A DNA stretch of 63,855 nt, filler included, from Octopus bimaculoides (GCF_001194135.2; 6 parts of 6 records of this genome joined end to end with filler, not necessarily neighbours in it); one strand, 5' to 3'; shown: positions 10,999-22,768, counted from the whole stretch's first letter. Notes: generated by a model not told the origin, from the sequence alone. Numbers and translations are program-made.

Positions 10999-13900
10999 AA
11001 CTAGTTTAATGGTGAAGTGAAGTAAGCAAAAATAATAGTAGCGTCTTATAGCTGTCTCTGGGACATTTCAGGCAATGGATCAATGTGTTGATCCACATTT
11101 CCACACACTCGTCTCTGATGATGGAATGCCTAGTGTGTGAAAATGTGGATCAATACATTGATTCATTGCCTGTGATATCCCAGAAACAGCTGTAAAGCAC
11201 TTATTTATTTTTGCTTACTTTGCTTCACCAGTAAACTAGTTTAATGAAATGATAGGCTTGTCCTGCCTTNNNNNNNNNNNNNNNNNNNNNNNNNNNNNNN
11301 NNNNNNNNNNNNNNNNNNNNNNNNNNNNNNNNNNNNNNNNNNNNNNNNNNNNNNNNNNNNNNNNNNNNNNNNNNNNNNNNNNNNNNNNNNNNNNNNNNNN
11401 NNNNNNNNNNNNNNNNNNNNNNNNNNNNNNNNNNNNNNNNNNNNNNNNNNNNNNNNNNNNNNNNNNNNNNNNNNNNNNNNNNNNNNNNNNNNNNNNNNNN
11501 NNNNNNNNNNNNNNNNNNNNNNNNNNNNNNNNNNNNNNNNNNNNNNNNNNNNNNNNNNNNNNNNNNNNNNNNNNNNNNNNNNNNNNNNNNNNNNNNNNNN
11601 NNNNNNNNNNNNNNNNNNNNNNNNNNATATATATATATATACACACACACTTGTGTGTGTGTGTATGTATAATTATATATGTGTGTATATATACATATAT
11701 ATATATCATTATTCACATTATTTACATTGGACGGATATGTGTCCTCATCTTGTTTATTGTTACCACAACGGTTCAGCTGATTTATTCTCCAGCTTTCATC
11801 AGGTGTCCTGGTGGAATTTTGAACCCAACCCTGGGATCTCGTTCTTAAGGTATTTTTTGATGTTATTATTATTTATTCAAGGCACTGCCTGGAATTGAAC
11901 TTGGAATCTTGGGGTTAGTAGCCCACACTCTTAACTTCTACACTATATGCCCATCAGAATCTTGGGATTAGTAGCCCATGCTCTTAACCACTATGCTATA
12001 TACCCTTGGGCATACAGCACTAGTGGTTAAGAGGTGCAAGGGATGAAGTACCCATGTATCTAGTAATCCTTCAACTAACTGTAATCATACAGTACTACAT
12101 CCCACCTCACTCCTTCACTTTCATATTTTCATTTCCACTCTTACATCTATAGGAATAAGACATCAATTTTTTGCTATCACAAAACTGTCCTTTCCTGTGG
12201 TATTTTTTCACTATATATTTGTTGTGTATAATTGAATATTCTTTCAATTTTTCAAAGTATGATGACTTTATAGCAGTTCCCCATTTCTTTGCACAATTGT
12301 TTGCATTTTTATTGAACTCTTCAAAGTATTTTTGTATGCAGGTATTGAGTAGTAGAGTGAAAACAAGGCAGTGCTGTATAATATGGCCTGCTTCTTCACA
12401 TTTACAGGTTTTGGGGCCAACCTTGTAGCATCATAACTTTTGATTGGCTCATTCTCATTTAGTAGAATGTCTTCTGGTTTGTTAAAGAATGATGGCTGGT
12501 TCAAAAGTAAGGACAAACTTAAGTATCAGGCACTCAAACAAACCAAGATAGAAATGTTCACATCGGCGGTGAACTGGCAGAAACGTTAGCACACCGGGCG
12601 AAATGCTTAGCGGTATTTTGTCTGCCGGGACGTTCTGAGTTCAAATTCTACCAAGGTTGACTTTGCCTTTCATCCTTTCGGGGTTGATAAATTAAGTACC
12701 AGTTACGCACTGTGGTCGATGTAATCGATTTAATCCCTTTGTCTGTCCTTGTTTGTCCCCTCTATGTTTAGCCCCTTGTGGGCAATAAAGAAAAAAGAAA
12801 TGTTCACATCGTGATCCCTGTCAAGAAATACTTCATGTTACCTGTGAATTCTACCTGACACTTTGAAGCTGAGTTGAAAGATAAGATATCCAGAAGCTCA
12901 CCAGATACGTGTTAAACACTGCCATAGTGCAAAAATGAACCCTAAAAGTTTTAAACTGGATATTAAATTTGGTGTTTTCAAAAGGCTTGATGTGAAAGAG
13001 AAAAAAAAATCAGCCACATTGCCAAAACATTAAATGTTGCAATGTGTACAGTAGGAACAATATGTGATAATAGAGAAAAAATTTCAACTGCTCAAGGAGC
13101 TGCTCTGTTAACTGCTCAGAACTTATTTTTTCATAGATTTAATGTGATGCTTCAAGTAGAATAGCACTTGAGTGCTGTATTTGTCTAGAAATTATTTTCA
13201 TGCACAAAGTGGTTGTATTGTTTGCTTTATTTCTTTTTTATTGTGTATGATTTTTTTTTTTCCCCCTGCTAAAATTAACTGTCAGAATGCATCTCACTTT
13301 ATATGCCCGTGGGTTATGAGCACGGGCTACTAACCCCAAGATTCCAAGTTCGATTCCAGGCAGTGACCTGAATAATAATAATAATAACTTTGAAAACCAC
13401 GTTAGGAATGAGAACCCAGGTTTGAAATTTCCCCAAAACACCTGATGAAGGCTGGAGTGTATATCAGCTGAAACGTTGTGTTAACAACAAACAAGATGAG
13501 GATAAATATCCATCTAATGTAAATAATGTACATAATTCCTCATCTCTTAAATATAGAACTGAAATTGCTTATACTTCTACAATACACAAAATATATATTT
13601 TTTTCTTTACAATTCCTAATATTTAATTATAAAAATACAGCAGGATTTTATTTTTATATACATCGAATGGCTATGGAGGTCCAGTAGAGTAAAATTGGAA
13701 ACAAAGGGGGTCCATAGGCAGAAAATGGTTGGAAAGCACTGATGTAGAAGCTCTGTCAGCTGGACATGATTGGAAATGGCACATCATCAGCCAACCCTAA
13801 AGAGCAGAGACCACATTGCAATAGAAATACAGTGAGAAGACATCATGTCTGTGGGTTTGAATGTGGTGATGAGTAAATTCATGATGATCAGCCAGAGGCC

Positions 13901-14595
13901 TTTTCTAGATGCAGTCTCGGATGTCTGTATGTGTAACCATCATCAATTCACTGCAGTTTTTCACTATTAATGGTGAGATACTATTTTCTTGGTAAATTTT
14001 CCTCACGGTGAATTGATGGCGGTGAACTCCTTTGTAATTGTAATAGCAGCAGTATTGTTCCAGACAAGGGAGAAGTATTACATGGGTTTCACTGGAGGGT
14101 TTGTAATTGTTGGGGGCTGACCCTGAAGAGGAAGTTCAGTATATGTTGAGGATCTAACATCAACAGGGGAGATTGTTAGTGATGAGGTCTAGCATTTGCA
14201 GAGGGTATGACTGTTCTAGCTGCATAGGGTTAATGTTTAGGGAAAAAAGGACATGATTGTTTTTTTTGACATGTGTAATGATTAAGTTTTTGTTTTGTTG
14301 AATGAGATAACATTGACATGTATTATAGGAGAATGGTTTTGAAGTTTCTGTTCCTGGGGTCAGTGATGGCACAAGGTCTCTTACATTGCATGTTAAATAC
14401 GAGTGACTGAGTATCGTCTTTATAGGGATGGCTGTTGTTGGCTGTGAATTCAACTAAGTCAATCATGTATTGAAGAAAAGGTTTAGGGGACAAAAGTGAA
14501 CCTTGGACATAGAAAAGTTGATAGAATAGGACAAAGAGAACTCTATAGGGCCTCACTGCAATTGTGAAATTTTTTTAGAAGCTATTAATTTAAGA

Positions 14596-14626
<31 letters not shown>

Positions 14627-17081
14627 TACAAAGCTCATAGGTAGGCAATTTAGAGCTAGGATACATGTGTTCCAGACAATACTTTATTGATGTCAAATGC
14701 AACAACATACTAGTGAGTGACATAGCAGAGAAGGTCTCCAATAGATTTGGCTTGTTGGGAGCCTTATTGGTAGCCGTTAGAGAGAAAAATGGATTCAAGG
14801 TGTTGGTAATATGACTGTTAATTACTATTCCCATCATGTTTGAAAGATGGTTGGGGTCAGAAAGGTTATTTTTCTTAAAAATGAGACATACTGTAGTGTT
14901 TTTCCGAAGATCAGGATGGATCCCTGCCAAAAGATTGAAGATTGAGGTTAACTCTAGAATAAATTGTCTGAGAAGAAATAGTCAAGCTTGTAACTCTATT
15001 TGTTTGAAACAGTTCAAAGGTGTTTTTGCATTTTATATCAATAATTATTGGTGCACTTGATTATGTTAGTAAATCTTTAAGTGACAATCTTGAAAAGCTA
15101 AAGTTCTCAAGCAAAGTAAGTGACCAGCTAATATGAACTTATATAAACTTTTCAAATACTATCTGTAAGTAGGACAACAAAAATATACAAGAGTTTTCTT
15201 AATTTCAACGTGATTAATAAAATATTGTTTTTCGTTTTTCAGTTCTTTTGATGGCAGACAAAATGATATTTTCAAGAAGTTACGGCAGCAGCTACAAGAC
15301 CTTCATGCTAATGTGCAGCCACTTCAGTTCTCTACATTCCCAGTTTTCAAGGTCACAGACGTCTTTATTCTTATATTTTCATAAGTGTTACAAGGGTAGT
15401 GAGCTAGCAGAATTGCTAGCATGCCAGGCAAAATTCTTAGCAACATTTTGTATGTCTTTATGTTCTGAGTTCAAATTCTGCTGAGGCCAACTTTGCCTGT
15501 CATCTTTTTGGGGGTTAATAAAATAAGTACCAGTTGAGCACTGGGGTCGATGTAATCAACTTAACTACTCCTGGGTAAGGGTATAAAAAACTGCATCCCT
15601 TTGCCCAGCCATGTTGAGCTAGTGTAGCAGAATGGGCTCATAAAACCAGTTAGATCTCAAGCCATTCTATGGTGGAGAGAACATGCTGCAGTGGACCGTC
15701 ATTCCTAAAATTACTGGCCTTGTGCCAAAATTTGAAATAAGACACAGATGTGTCTGTGTGGTTAAGATGCTTGCTTTGTAACCATGTAATTTTGGGTTCA
15801 GTCCTTATGTATATATGTGTGTGTTTGTGTGTACCCTTGTCTTGACATCACATGATGGTTGTAAACTAGTGTCACCATCACCCAAGAGATTTCCAATCTT
15901 CTGTGAAAAACACATCTGGTTATAGGGAAACATTACTTTGCTTGGAAGCATTTGAAGACTAGTGACATTCAGCCGTAGAAAAGCTACCTCAACGAACTCT
16001 GTCTAACCCATGCAAGCATGGAAAAGTGGACATTAAAACGATGATGAGGAAATTCTGTTTAGACTCTTCAGTGGTCAGAGTAAGGGGCAAAAATTTTTGG
16101 CTTTATTATCCTTTTAGCATTCAAACTGGCCATATCCAGCCTAAATTTGTTTTATGTTCAGATTGGCCAGATTTGGCATCTCATGCCTACCATACAATGT
16201 TATTCTAAAAATACACAATCAACATCATTGAAATCTCAAAGCTACAAGACAATGCATGACTAATTTAAAACAATGTGGATAAATGAATATTACATTTGAC
16301 AAAGAAATTTGAATGCTAAAGGGTTGGCACCTTATCTCATAGAAACCCCATAATTTTTTCTTGTAACCGAGAGGTTTCAAAGAACTCATTTGAGGGAACT
16401 CTGTTTCAAGAGTCATATACTAATGTGATTGCAGTTGACGATAACCTTTCGCTATAGTGTGGATGTATGCCAGTGTGAAATATATATAATTTTTTGCCAT
16501 ACACCATTTTCTTACCTAAATAATATTTACAACTAGAACATTTTATTTTTCATATTTTCTTGAATCAGTGGTTAATGTAGCTGAATCTTCTCATTTGCAG
16601 TGTTTTCATATTCTAATGGATAAGAAACTCAGAAATCTGCTTTTATCGTTACAATGCTTAACTACATAGAAAATGTAGTTTCATGCTATAATACACATTG
16701 GTCTGTTCTTTGCAGTACTGCTTTTCAGTAACATAGGCGTTTTCCTATAAGCAGTGACTAATCCCTTACTCAACACTTTCCTCATTTCGATAGAAAGTAA
16801 TATTGGGAGTAGTTTCCCTTGATGTTTCTCGTGATGCAACATTACTTTCTGAGAGAGAGAGAGAGAGAAAGGAGAATCAGCTCTGGTGCTTGATCTTTTA
16901 CTTATTTCAGACACTAGACTGCAGCCATGCTGGAGCACCACCTTGAAGAAGTCCTGGTCCCAATACTTAATTTTTTCAAAGCTTGCTACATATTCTATTG
17001 GTCTCTAATGCCAAACTGCTAACACCAGTTGTCAAGCAGTGGTTGGGAACAGACGCAAAGACATACACACACGCACACACA

Positions 17082-17124
<43 letters not shown>

Positions 17125-20100
17125 GTATACCACTTCAAATATTATTTAAGCAAGTTTAACCCTTTCGTTACTGTATTTATTTTGAGATGCTCTGTATTTC
17201 TTTCAATTACTTTAAATATAACAAAGAATTTAGTAAAATAACTTAGTTATCATTCAGCTAGTGTTAGGAACATAAATTGTGACTAAAGTTTGGTGGAAGA
17301 TTTAAATTCAAGACTTATGAAAACAAGACATTTGTACTCAGAGCCAGAGCCGGTTTCAGCCGGGTTGGTAACAAAAGGGTTAAGCCATTTACCATTTCTG
17401 TGGCGCCCCCACTTCCTTTGATGCCTTAAGCATGTACTTATTTTGCTTAATGGTTAACTCAGTGCTGCAAGTCGTATTCTCATGCAAGTAACACTGTAGT
17501 TTTATAGATTTGTTACTCGATCTGCAGACCATCCTTAAGTCAACTACTGTGTGTTTATTCAAGCAGGCTTCATCATGTTAACTGAATAACAATAACAACA
17601 ACAGTATCCGTATGACTTCACTCATTATCTTATCTTCTAATTAGCTCCATGTAACGTAAATGAACTTTACTATCATAATAAAAATGTTTGCTTTTGAACT
17701 TAGTTCATCTTTAGAGAAAATGCAATGTTATCCTTTGATGCATTTCACCTCGAGTAACGAATGTATATTAATTAGGTATAACTTCTTTCACTTGATGCCA
17801 AATTTTGTCTTTTATGAGCTTTCAAGTTTCTATCAAATCTCAACTTAACTTTCAATCATCATCATCATCATTAACGTCTGTTTTCCATGCTGGCATGGGT
17901 TGGACAGCTTGACAGGAACTGGCAATGCCAGGAGCTGCACCAGGTTCCATAGTCTGTTTTGGCTTGGCTTCTACAGTTGGATGCTCTTCCTAATGCCAAC
18001 CACTTTACAGAGGGTACTAGGTGCTTTTCAGGCAGCCCCAGCACCCATCCCAGTGCTTTCTACGTGGTACCTTGGTTTTAAGATCTCAATTCTGTTGTGG
18101 TGGGCTAGGCACATCATTTATAGGTACAAGCATGGATATATGGTTAAGAAGATCACTTTGCAACCATGGGGTTTTGGGATTCAGTGACACTGTGCAGTAC
18201 CATGGGCAAGTGTCTTTTACTGAAGCTAACCAATGTCTCATGAGAGAATTTGGTAGACAGAAAACTGTGGAAGCCCATTGTAGAGATGTGTGTGTGTGTG
18301 TGTGTTTGTGTTTATCTCCCCACCACAACTGGTGTTGGTTTGTTTATATTCCTATAATTTATTAGTTTGGCAAAAGAAACTGATGTAAAGAGTACTGGTG
18401 CTGGTGCCACATGAAAAGCACCCAATATACTGTGCAAAGTGGTTGGCATTAGGAAGGGATCCAGCTGTAGAGACTATGCCGAAACAGAATAGAACCTGGT
18501 GCAGCTCCTGACCTTGCCAGCTCTTGTAAACCGTCCAACTCATGCCAACATTATTGTATTACATATGGTAATGATGTCAATTTATTTGATTAAACCTTTT
18601 AAGGCAGTACCCCAACAGGGTCACACTCCAGTAACTAAAACAAGTAAAAGATAAAAGAACCTCACCATTTTCATATGCTAATTAAACACTAATTTAAATA
18701 TTTACATTGCAATGATTTGTTTTTGTTCTCATATGACAACATATTTCTTTTCTCTTTTTTTTTTTAAATTTTGAAGGTTAATAATATTGAATGCAGTCAT
18801 AATGAAGCATTGAATAATTATGAATCGAAATGGACACCGTTCCCAGAATTCTGTTCTAGCTGTGCTACAGATGTTCATTGTGGAATCACAGATCAACTAA
18901 ATGCTGGTTATTCTGAAACAAATGAAGCTTGTACCCTTTCACAACTTATCAATCATTTCCACCAAGAAAATTTAAATAATAACCAATCAAATTGCATTGA
19001 AAAACTATCAAATTTCAATCCAGGTAAAGATGTGCTACTAATAATTACAATGTAATTACGATGTAGATGACAGTTTCTGTTACCTAGGCAACAACATTTT
19101 TTTTTTTCTGTTGTAAATACTGATAACAAAGTGACTCAGGGCCAACGGTAGAGTAATCCTTTAGCATTCAAAGTGGTCATGTCCAGCAAAATTATTCAGT
19201 CTGTTTTGTGTTCAAACTGGCCAGATCTGGCCTCTTACACCTACACTACAATGTCAGTTTAAAAACAATCACATCATTGAAATCTCAAAGCTGCAAGGTA
19301 TTGATTGATTAATCCAAAATAATGTGAATAAATAAGCATTACATTTGACAGAGTAATTTGAATGTGAAAGGGTTAAGCTACTTTGGCAGTAATCCTTTTA
19401 AAAGCAGTTTAGAGTAGGGGGTTGTGTGTGTGTGTGTGTGTGTGTTGGTAGGGAAGAGGGAAAACTGCAAGTATTTATGCTTTAATTATATTAAACAAAT
19501 ATACATATAACCGGGTATTGAATGCATCTGATAACAAAAAAATAAAAATAAACCCTGACATTTAAGCTAAAATCAGACATGATCGTATTTGAAAGAAGTC
19601 AGAGTGACAGGGCAATCTGAATTCAAGCCTGAAGTATTGACAGTCATCTTAAAATGTTACGTATTCAGTGTGAAAACGATGAAATACAAGTAAGGAGTTA
19701 TTCTTCTACATTTGAATATTAGACTTCTATTGCAAGGGAACTAGACTAGTAGATATGATGTTGGACAACAAACATAAATTCTTGCATTCAAGTCCACTAC
19801 AGGTTTTATTTTATATCTGTATTTGATTTTGCATAAATCACTTCACATAATTTTTGGAATAAGGTATCAGCTTTTTTGAGAATGTTACCTGAGATAATTA
19901 TTTCTCTCATCTATTTAATGTTATAAAAGAGCATAAGAGACGTTTAAATTAAGCATCTAGCACAGTTTGATTCTGCATCAATTCTATGATATTTTGCATC
20001 TGAAGAACTTGCTCAGTGCTAACCCCCTATGAGATGTATCACACTAGTGTACAGGTGAGTATAAATTTATCAAATATGAACGATGATAAATAAAAGTTAT

Positions 20101-22768
20101 AGGAAATAGAAAACAATATAAAATGCATTTCTTTATGGTTTCATATCTGAGCTTAACATAACAAATAGTGTTTCTTACTTGTATTATATGCATTACAAAT
20201 ATATCATAAACCTCCCATTTGTGTGTATACACCAGAATATTAGTTCTGTATATGTGGCTTTAAACATTTTGTTTCCTGATGTGGTGACAGCAGCCCTCAG
20301 TGGACAACTCTAAGCTAAATATGTTTCCTGTCCATCACAACTGTATGTCAAATAAATTTATCTGAATTTATAGAACCATCACAAACAGATGTAGCAACCT
20401 GTGGTTCTCAGCCTTTTAAGTCTATGTGAATGGCATATATATATCTTATTTGTAACATACTAAGGTTTTGTAACATGATTTTTAGGTGTGACTATTAATT
20501 TTAACAATTTCATGTCTTAGTGCTCATGCTACATAAAAAGCACTGGTGATGGTACCATGTAAAAAGTACTGGTGCTGGTGCCATATGAAAAGCACCCAGT
20601 ACACTGTGCAAAGTGGTTGGCATTAGGAAGGGCATCCAGCTGTAGAAACTATGCTGAAACAGAATAGAACCTGGTGCAGCTCCTGGCTTTGCCAGCTCCC
20701 GTCAAACCGTCCAACTCATGCCAACATTATTATATTACAAATGGTGTTTGTTAAATTGATGTTCCCTGATTTATATTAAATATATATCATAAGATCTACT
20801 GCTAGAAAAGGGTAACCCATGCCTGATTTAACCAATAGGAAAGCAAATGTTAATATATTCTAATGATTTAAGGCAGCAAGCTGGCAGACTCATTAGCATG
20901 TCAGGCAAAATGCTTAGCAGCATTTTGTCCATCTTTACATTCTGAGTTCAATTTCTGTTGAAGTCAGCTTTTCCTTTCATCCTTTTGGGGGTTGATAAAA
21001 TGAATACCAATTGAGCCCTGGGGGTCAATGTATATGACTTATCCCTTCCCTCAAACTTGCTGGCCTTGTGCCAAAATTTGAAACCAATATATTTTCATGG
21101 TTTGACAAGCTCTACAGAGTAAATTTCCATTTAGCTGAGTCTGTACCCCCTGTAGTTGTAACTACATCATTTTATTGTTACCCCATAAGAACATGTACAA
21201 TGTACAGTTTCAATTCCTACTTTCTTACAAATTTGGGATCTTGTAATTATATTCTCCTGAAATTTCATGTTAATGTTTTTTAAAAGGTACACCTCACCAA
21301 CACAGTTTAGTTGACATGAAGAAACCAGATTGTATGATTAGTCCTGATCTTTTCACTTGTCAATCACCAGCGGAACAAGAGCCAATTGTCAACAAAGAAA
21401 CTAATGGGAAAGCAGTGGCAAAGACCTTATTTCCTTTGCCTAATGCTCAAAACAGCAGTTCATCAGACAATAACCAACAGAAGAAATCTTCATTCATCAA
21501 ACAATGTCCAATCTGTCAGGAAGTTTTCTTACCTCGGTAAGTATGGATTTATTACAGCATACACAATGTTTAATTTAAATGTACATGACTAATTGAGCAG
21601 AGAAACAGAATTGTGGGTGTTCATCTGGCATGGGTTTGATGGTTTGACTGAGGACTGGCAAGCCAGGAGGCTGCACCAGGCTCCAATCTGATCTGGCAAG
21701 GTTTTACAGCTGGATGCCCTTCCTAATGCCAAGAGTGTAGTGGGTTCTTTTTACATTTCACTGGCATGGGGACCAGTCATGCAGCACTGGCTTCGACTAT
21801 GTTCAGATGGTGCTTTTTACATGCCACCAGCATGGGAGCCAGTTGACACATTCGCATAGTCTTTTTACATGCCACCGGCACGGGGAGCCAGTTAGGCGGC
21901 ACTGGCATTGACCCACGCTCGAATGGTGCTTATTACATGCCACCAGCATGGGTGCCAGTCAGGCGGCACTGGCCAGTTTATATTCAGTTTATATAATTAA
22001 TTAGTTGCAGTAAAGTGTATTTAAAATAACTAATTGAATAAAATTCTTCTCCCTCTTTATCATTTAACAAACTGGACTCCGTTGGTTATGACAATAAGGT
22101 TTCCAGCTGATCCAGTCAATGGATCCAGGTTTCCAGCTGATCCAGCCTGCTTGTGAAATTAATGAACAAGTGGCTGACCACTCTACAGGCACACATACCC
22201 TTAATGTAGTTCTCAAGGAAATTCAGCGTGGTGCAGAATGTGACAAAGCCAGCCCTTTGAATTACAGGTACAGCTCGTATTTGCCAGCTGAGTAATCTGG
22301 GGCAATGTGAAATAAAGTGTCTTGCTCAAGGACACAACATGCTGCCAGGAATCAAACCCATGAACTTACAATCATGAGCTGAATATCCTAACCACTAAGC
22401 CATGTAAATGTATGTTATATATAGACTATTAAAATTGTAACATAGATTTCTATTCTGTATCCAGCTAACTAAATGATCTGTCAGTCAGTGTTTCTAGAAA
22501 TACTGAAAGTATCACAGCAGCTGATTGCCTTTGATGCATACATCAGGAGGATGGACAGACATAGATGAGATATACTGTCAATTATATTAGTAGATAAGAA
22601 GCAATCCAAAATGTTTTATATTGTCAATATCTGTTTCATTTACATTTTACTTCTTGTTTTATCTTGGTATTATTTTTGTTTTCCAGGATGACACTGAAGG
22701 CAAGAAATATACACATAGAATTTTGTCTTGATGCCACAAGTACTGATATCTGGGAAGATGATTCATAA
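9990..22768 (+). CDS. FAAP20: FAAP20-like Fanconi anemia core complex-associated protein, 5 coding exons, 274 aa
   Basis: Exons 137+109+247+250+82 = 825 nt, all GT-AG, phases 2/0/1/2 compatible, no internal stop. Motifs MASKRQKLKLSKR, SKWTPFPE and CPICQEVFLPRMT..HIEFCL..STDIW resemble human FAAP20 as recalled (MEAARRPRLGLSRR, FSWTPFPP, CPMCQKEFAPRLT..HLAQCL..EDVTW). Confidence 0.75.
10240..10310 (+). mobile_element. SINE family B fragment
   Basis: GCGGTATTTC..GTTCAAATGCCGCCGAGGTCGACTTTGCCTTT. Confidence 0.6.
11012..11232. mobile_element. Fold-back element carrying a hammerhead-like core, with 14-bp TSD
   Basis: AAACTAGTTTAATG is repeated at 10998-11011 and 11233-11246. Arms are inverted. 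+ strand reads CGTCT-CTGATGA-TGGAAT..ATCCCA-GAAA-CAGCTGT-A. Confidence 0.7.
11710..12035 (-). mobile_element. Hammerhead-bearing tRNA-SINE (family H), degraded, with duplicated and inverted head
   Basis: Reverse complement of 13310-13562; head repeated at 11880-11952 and 11958-12008, then inverted at 12007-12035. Confidence 0.75.
12566..12795 (+). mobile_element. SINE family B, full length, with 16-bp TSD
   Basis: AGAAATGTTCACATCG at 12550-12565 and 12796-12811; B-box-like GAGTTCAAATTC; A-rich tail. Confidence 0.9.
13299..13562 (+). mobile_element. Hammerhead-bearing tRNA-SINE (family H)
   Basis: B box GTTCGATTCC, (AAT)n, hammerhead core at 13437-13482; the first ~12 nt (TATATGCCCGTGG) are an inverted copy of the head start. 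Confidence 0.8.
13437..13482 (+). ncRNA. Minimal type-I hammerhead ribozyme (predicted)
   Basis: AACAC-CTGATGA-A-GGCTGG(AGTGTATA)TCAGCT-GAAA-CGT-T-GTGTT: stem I is a perfect 5 bp, stem III is the palindrome AACGTT. Confidence 0.65.
15243..15351 (+). CDS. FAAP20: FAAP20-like coding exon 2
   Basis: Acceptor TTTTTCGTTTTTCAG; SFDGRQNDIFKKLRQQLQDLHANVQPLQFSTFPVFK; weak donor AAG|GTCACA; phases 2 and 0 fit both neighbours. Confidence 0.65.
15405..15575 (+). mobile_element. SINE family B (partial)
   Basis: Similarity to 12566-12795. Confidence 0.7.
15750..16050 (+). mobile_element. Degraded SINE pieces (family A head, family E tail)
   Basis: GTGTGGTTAAGATGCTTGC..GGGTTCAGTCC; CCCATGCAAGCATGGAAAAGTGGACATTAAAACGATGATG. 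Confidence 0.5.
16108..16325. mobile_element. piggyBac-type MITE (family 2)
   Basis: Ends CCTTTTAGCATTC / GAATGCTAAAGGG; homologous to 19157-19376. Confidence 0.6.
16905..17065 (-). mobile_element. SINE family A 3' part
   Basis: GACTGCAGCCATGCTGGAGCACC..GTTGTCAAGC. Confidence 0.6.
17160..17379. mobile_element. piggyBac-type MITE (family 1) with TTAA TSD
   Basis: TTAA|CCCTTTCGTTAC ... GTAACAAAAGGG|TTAA. Confidence 0.85.
17857..18060 (-). mobile_element. SINE/LINE-tail family E
   Basis: (CAT)n-TTAACGTCTGTTTTCCATGCTGGCATGGGTTGGAC.. motif, many copies in the window. Confidence 0.7.
18120..18385 (+). mobile_element. SINE family A (degraded)
   Basis: GGTTAAG..CAACCATG..GGGCAAGTGTCTT..GGTAGACAGAAAACTG..(TG)n. 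Confidence 0.6.
18391..18569 (+). mobile_element. Family E copy, near-identical to 20565-20745
   Basis: Direct comparison of the two segments. Confidence 0.75.
18777..19023 (+). CDS. FAAP20: FAAP20-like coding exon 3
   Basis: Long polypyrimidine tract plus GAAG acceptor; VNNIECSHNEALNNYESKWTPFPEF..SNFNP; donor CAG|GTAAAG; phase 1. Confidence 0.8.
19157..19376. mobile_element. piggyBac-type MITE (family 2)
   Basis: CCTTTTAGCATTC ... GAATGTGAAAGGG|TTAA. Confidence 0.6.
20530..20745 (+). mobile_element. Family E copy
   Basis: See 18391-18569. Confidence 0.75.
20872..21085 (+). mobile_element. SINE family B (degraded)
   Basis: Similarity to 12566-12795. Confidence 0.7.
21287..21536 (+). CDS. 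FAAP20: FAAP20-like coding exon 4 (first half of UBZ finger)
   Basis: Acceptor TTTTTTAAAAG; G|GT in frame with MKKPD..CPICQEVFLP; strong donor CG|GTAAGT. Confidence 0.85.
21620..21975 (-). mobile_element. Family E copy with internally repeated subunits
   Basis: GGCATGGGTTTGATGG..CAGCTGGATGCCCTTCCTAATGCC..(ACATGCCACC)x3. Confidence 0.65.
22070..22405 (-). mobile_element. tRNA-SINE family D (core TGTGTCCTTGAGCAAGACACTT)
   Basis: Minus-strand head ATGGCTTAGTGGTTAGG..GGGTTTGATTCC followed by the core motif; other copies at 40015, 40880 and 60935. Confidence 0.8.
22687..22768 (+). CDS. FAAP20: FAAP20-like coding exon 5 (end of UBZ finger, stop)
   Basis: Acceptor TTTTTGTTTTCCAG; (R)MTLKARNIHIEFCLDATSTDIWEDDS*; supplies the His and Cys ligands. 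Confidence 0.85.

Noticed and set aside
13780-14930. Broken minus-strand ORFs in FAAP20 intron 1
   Set aside because: Probably a decayed retroelement, but I could not identify a diagnostic motif, so no call is made.
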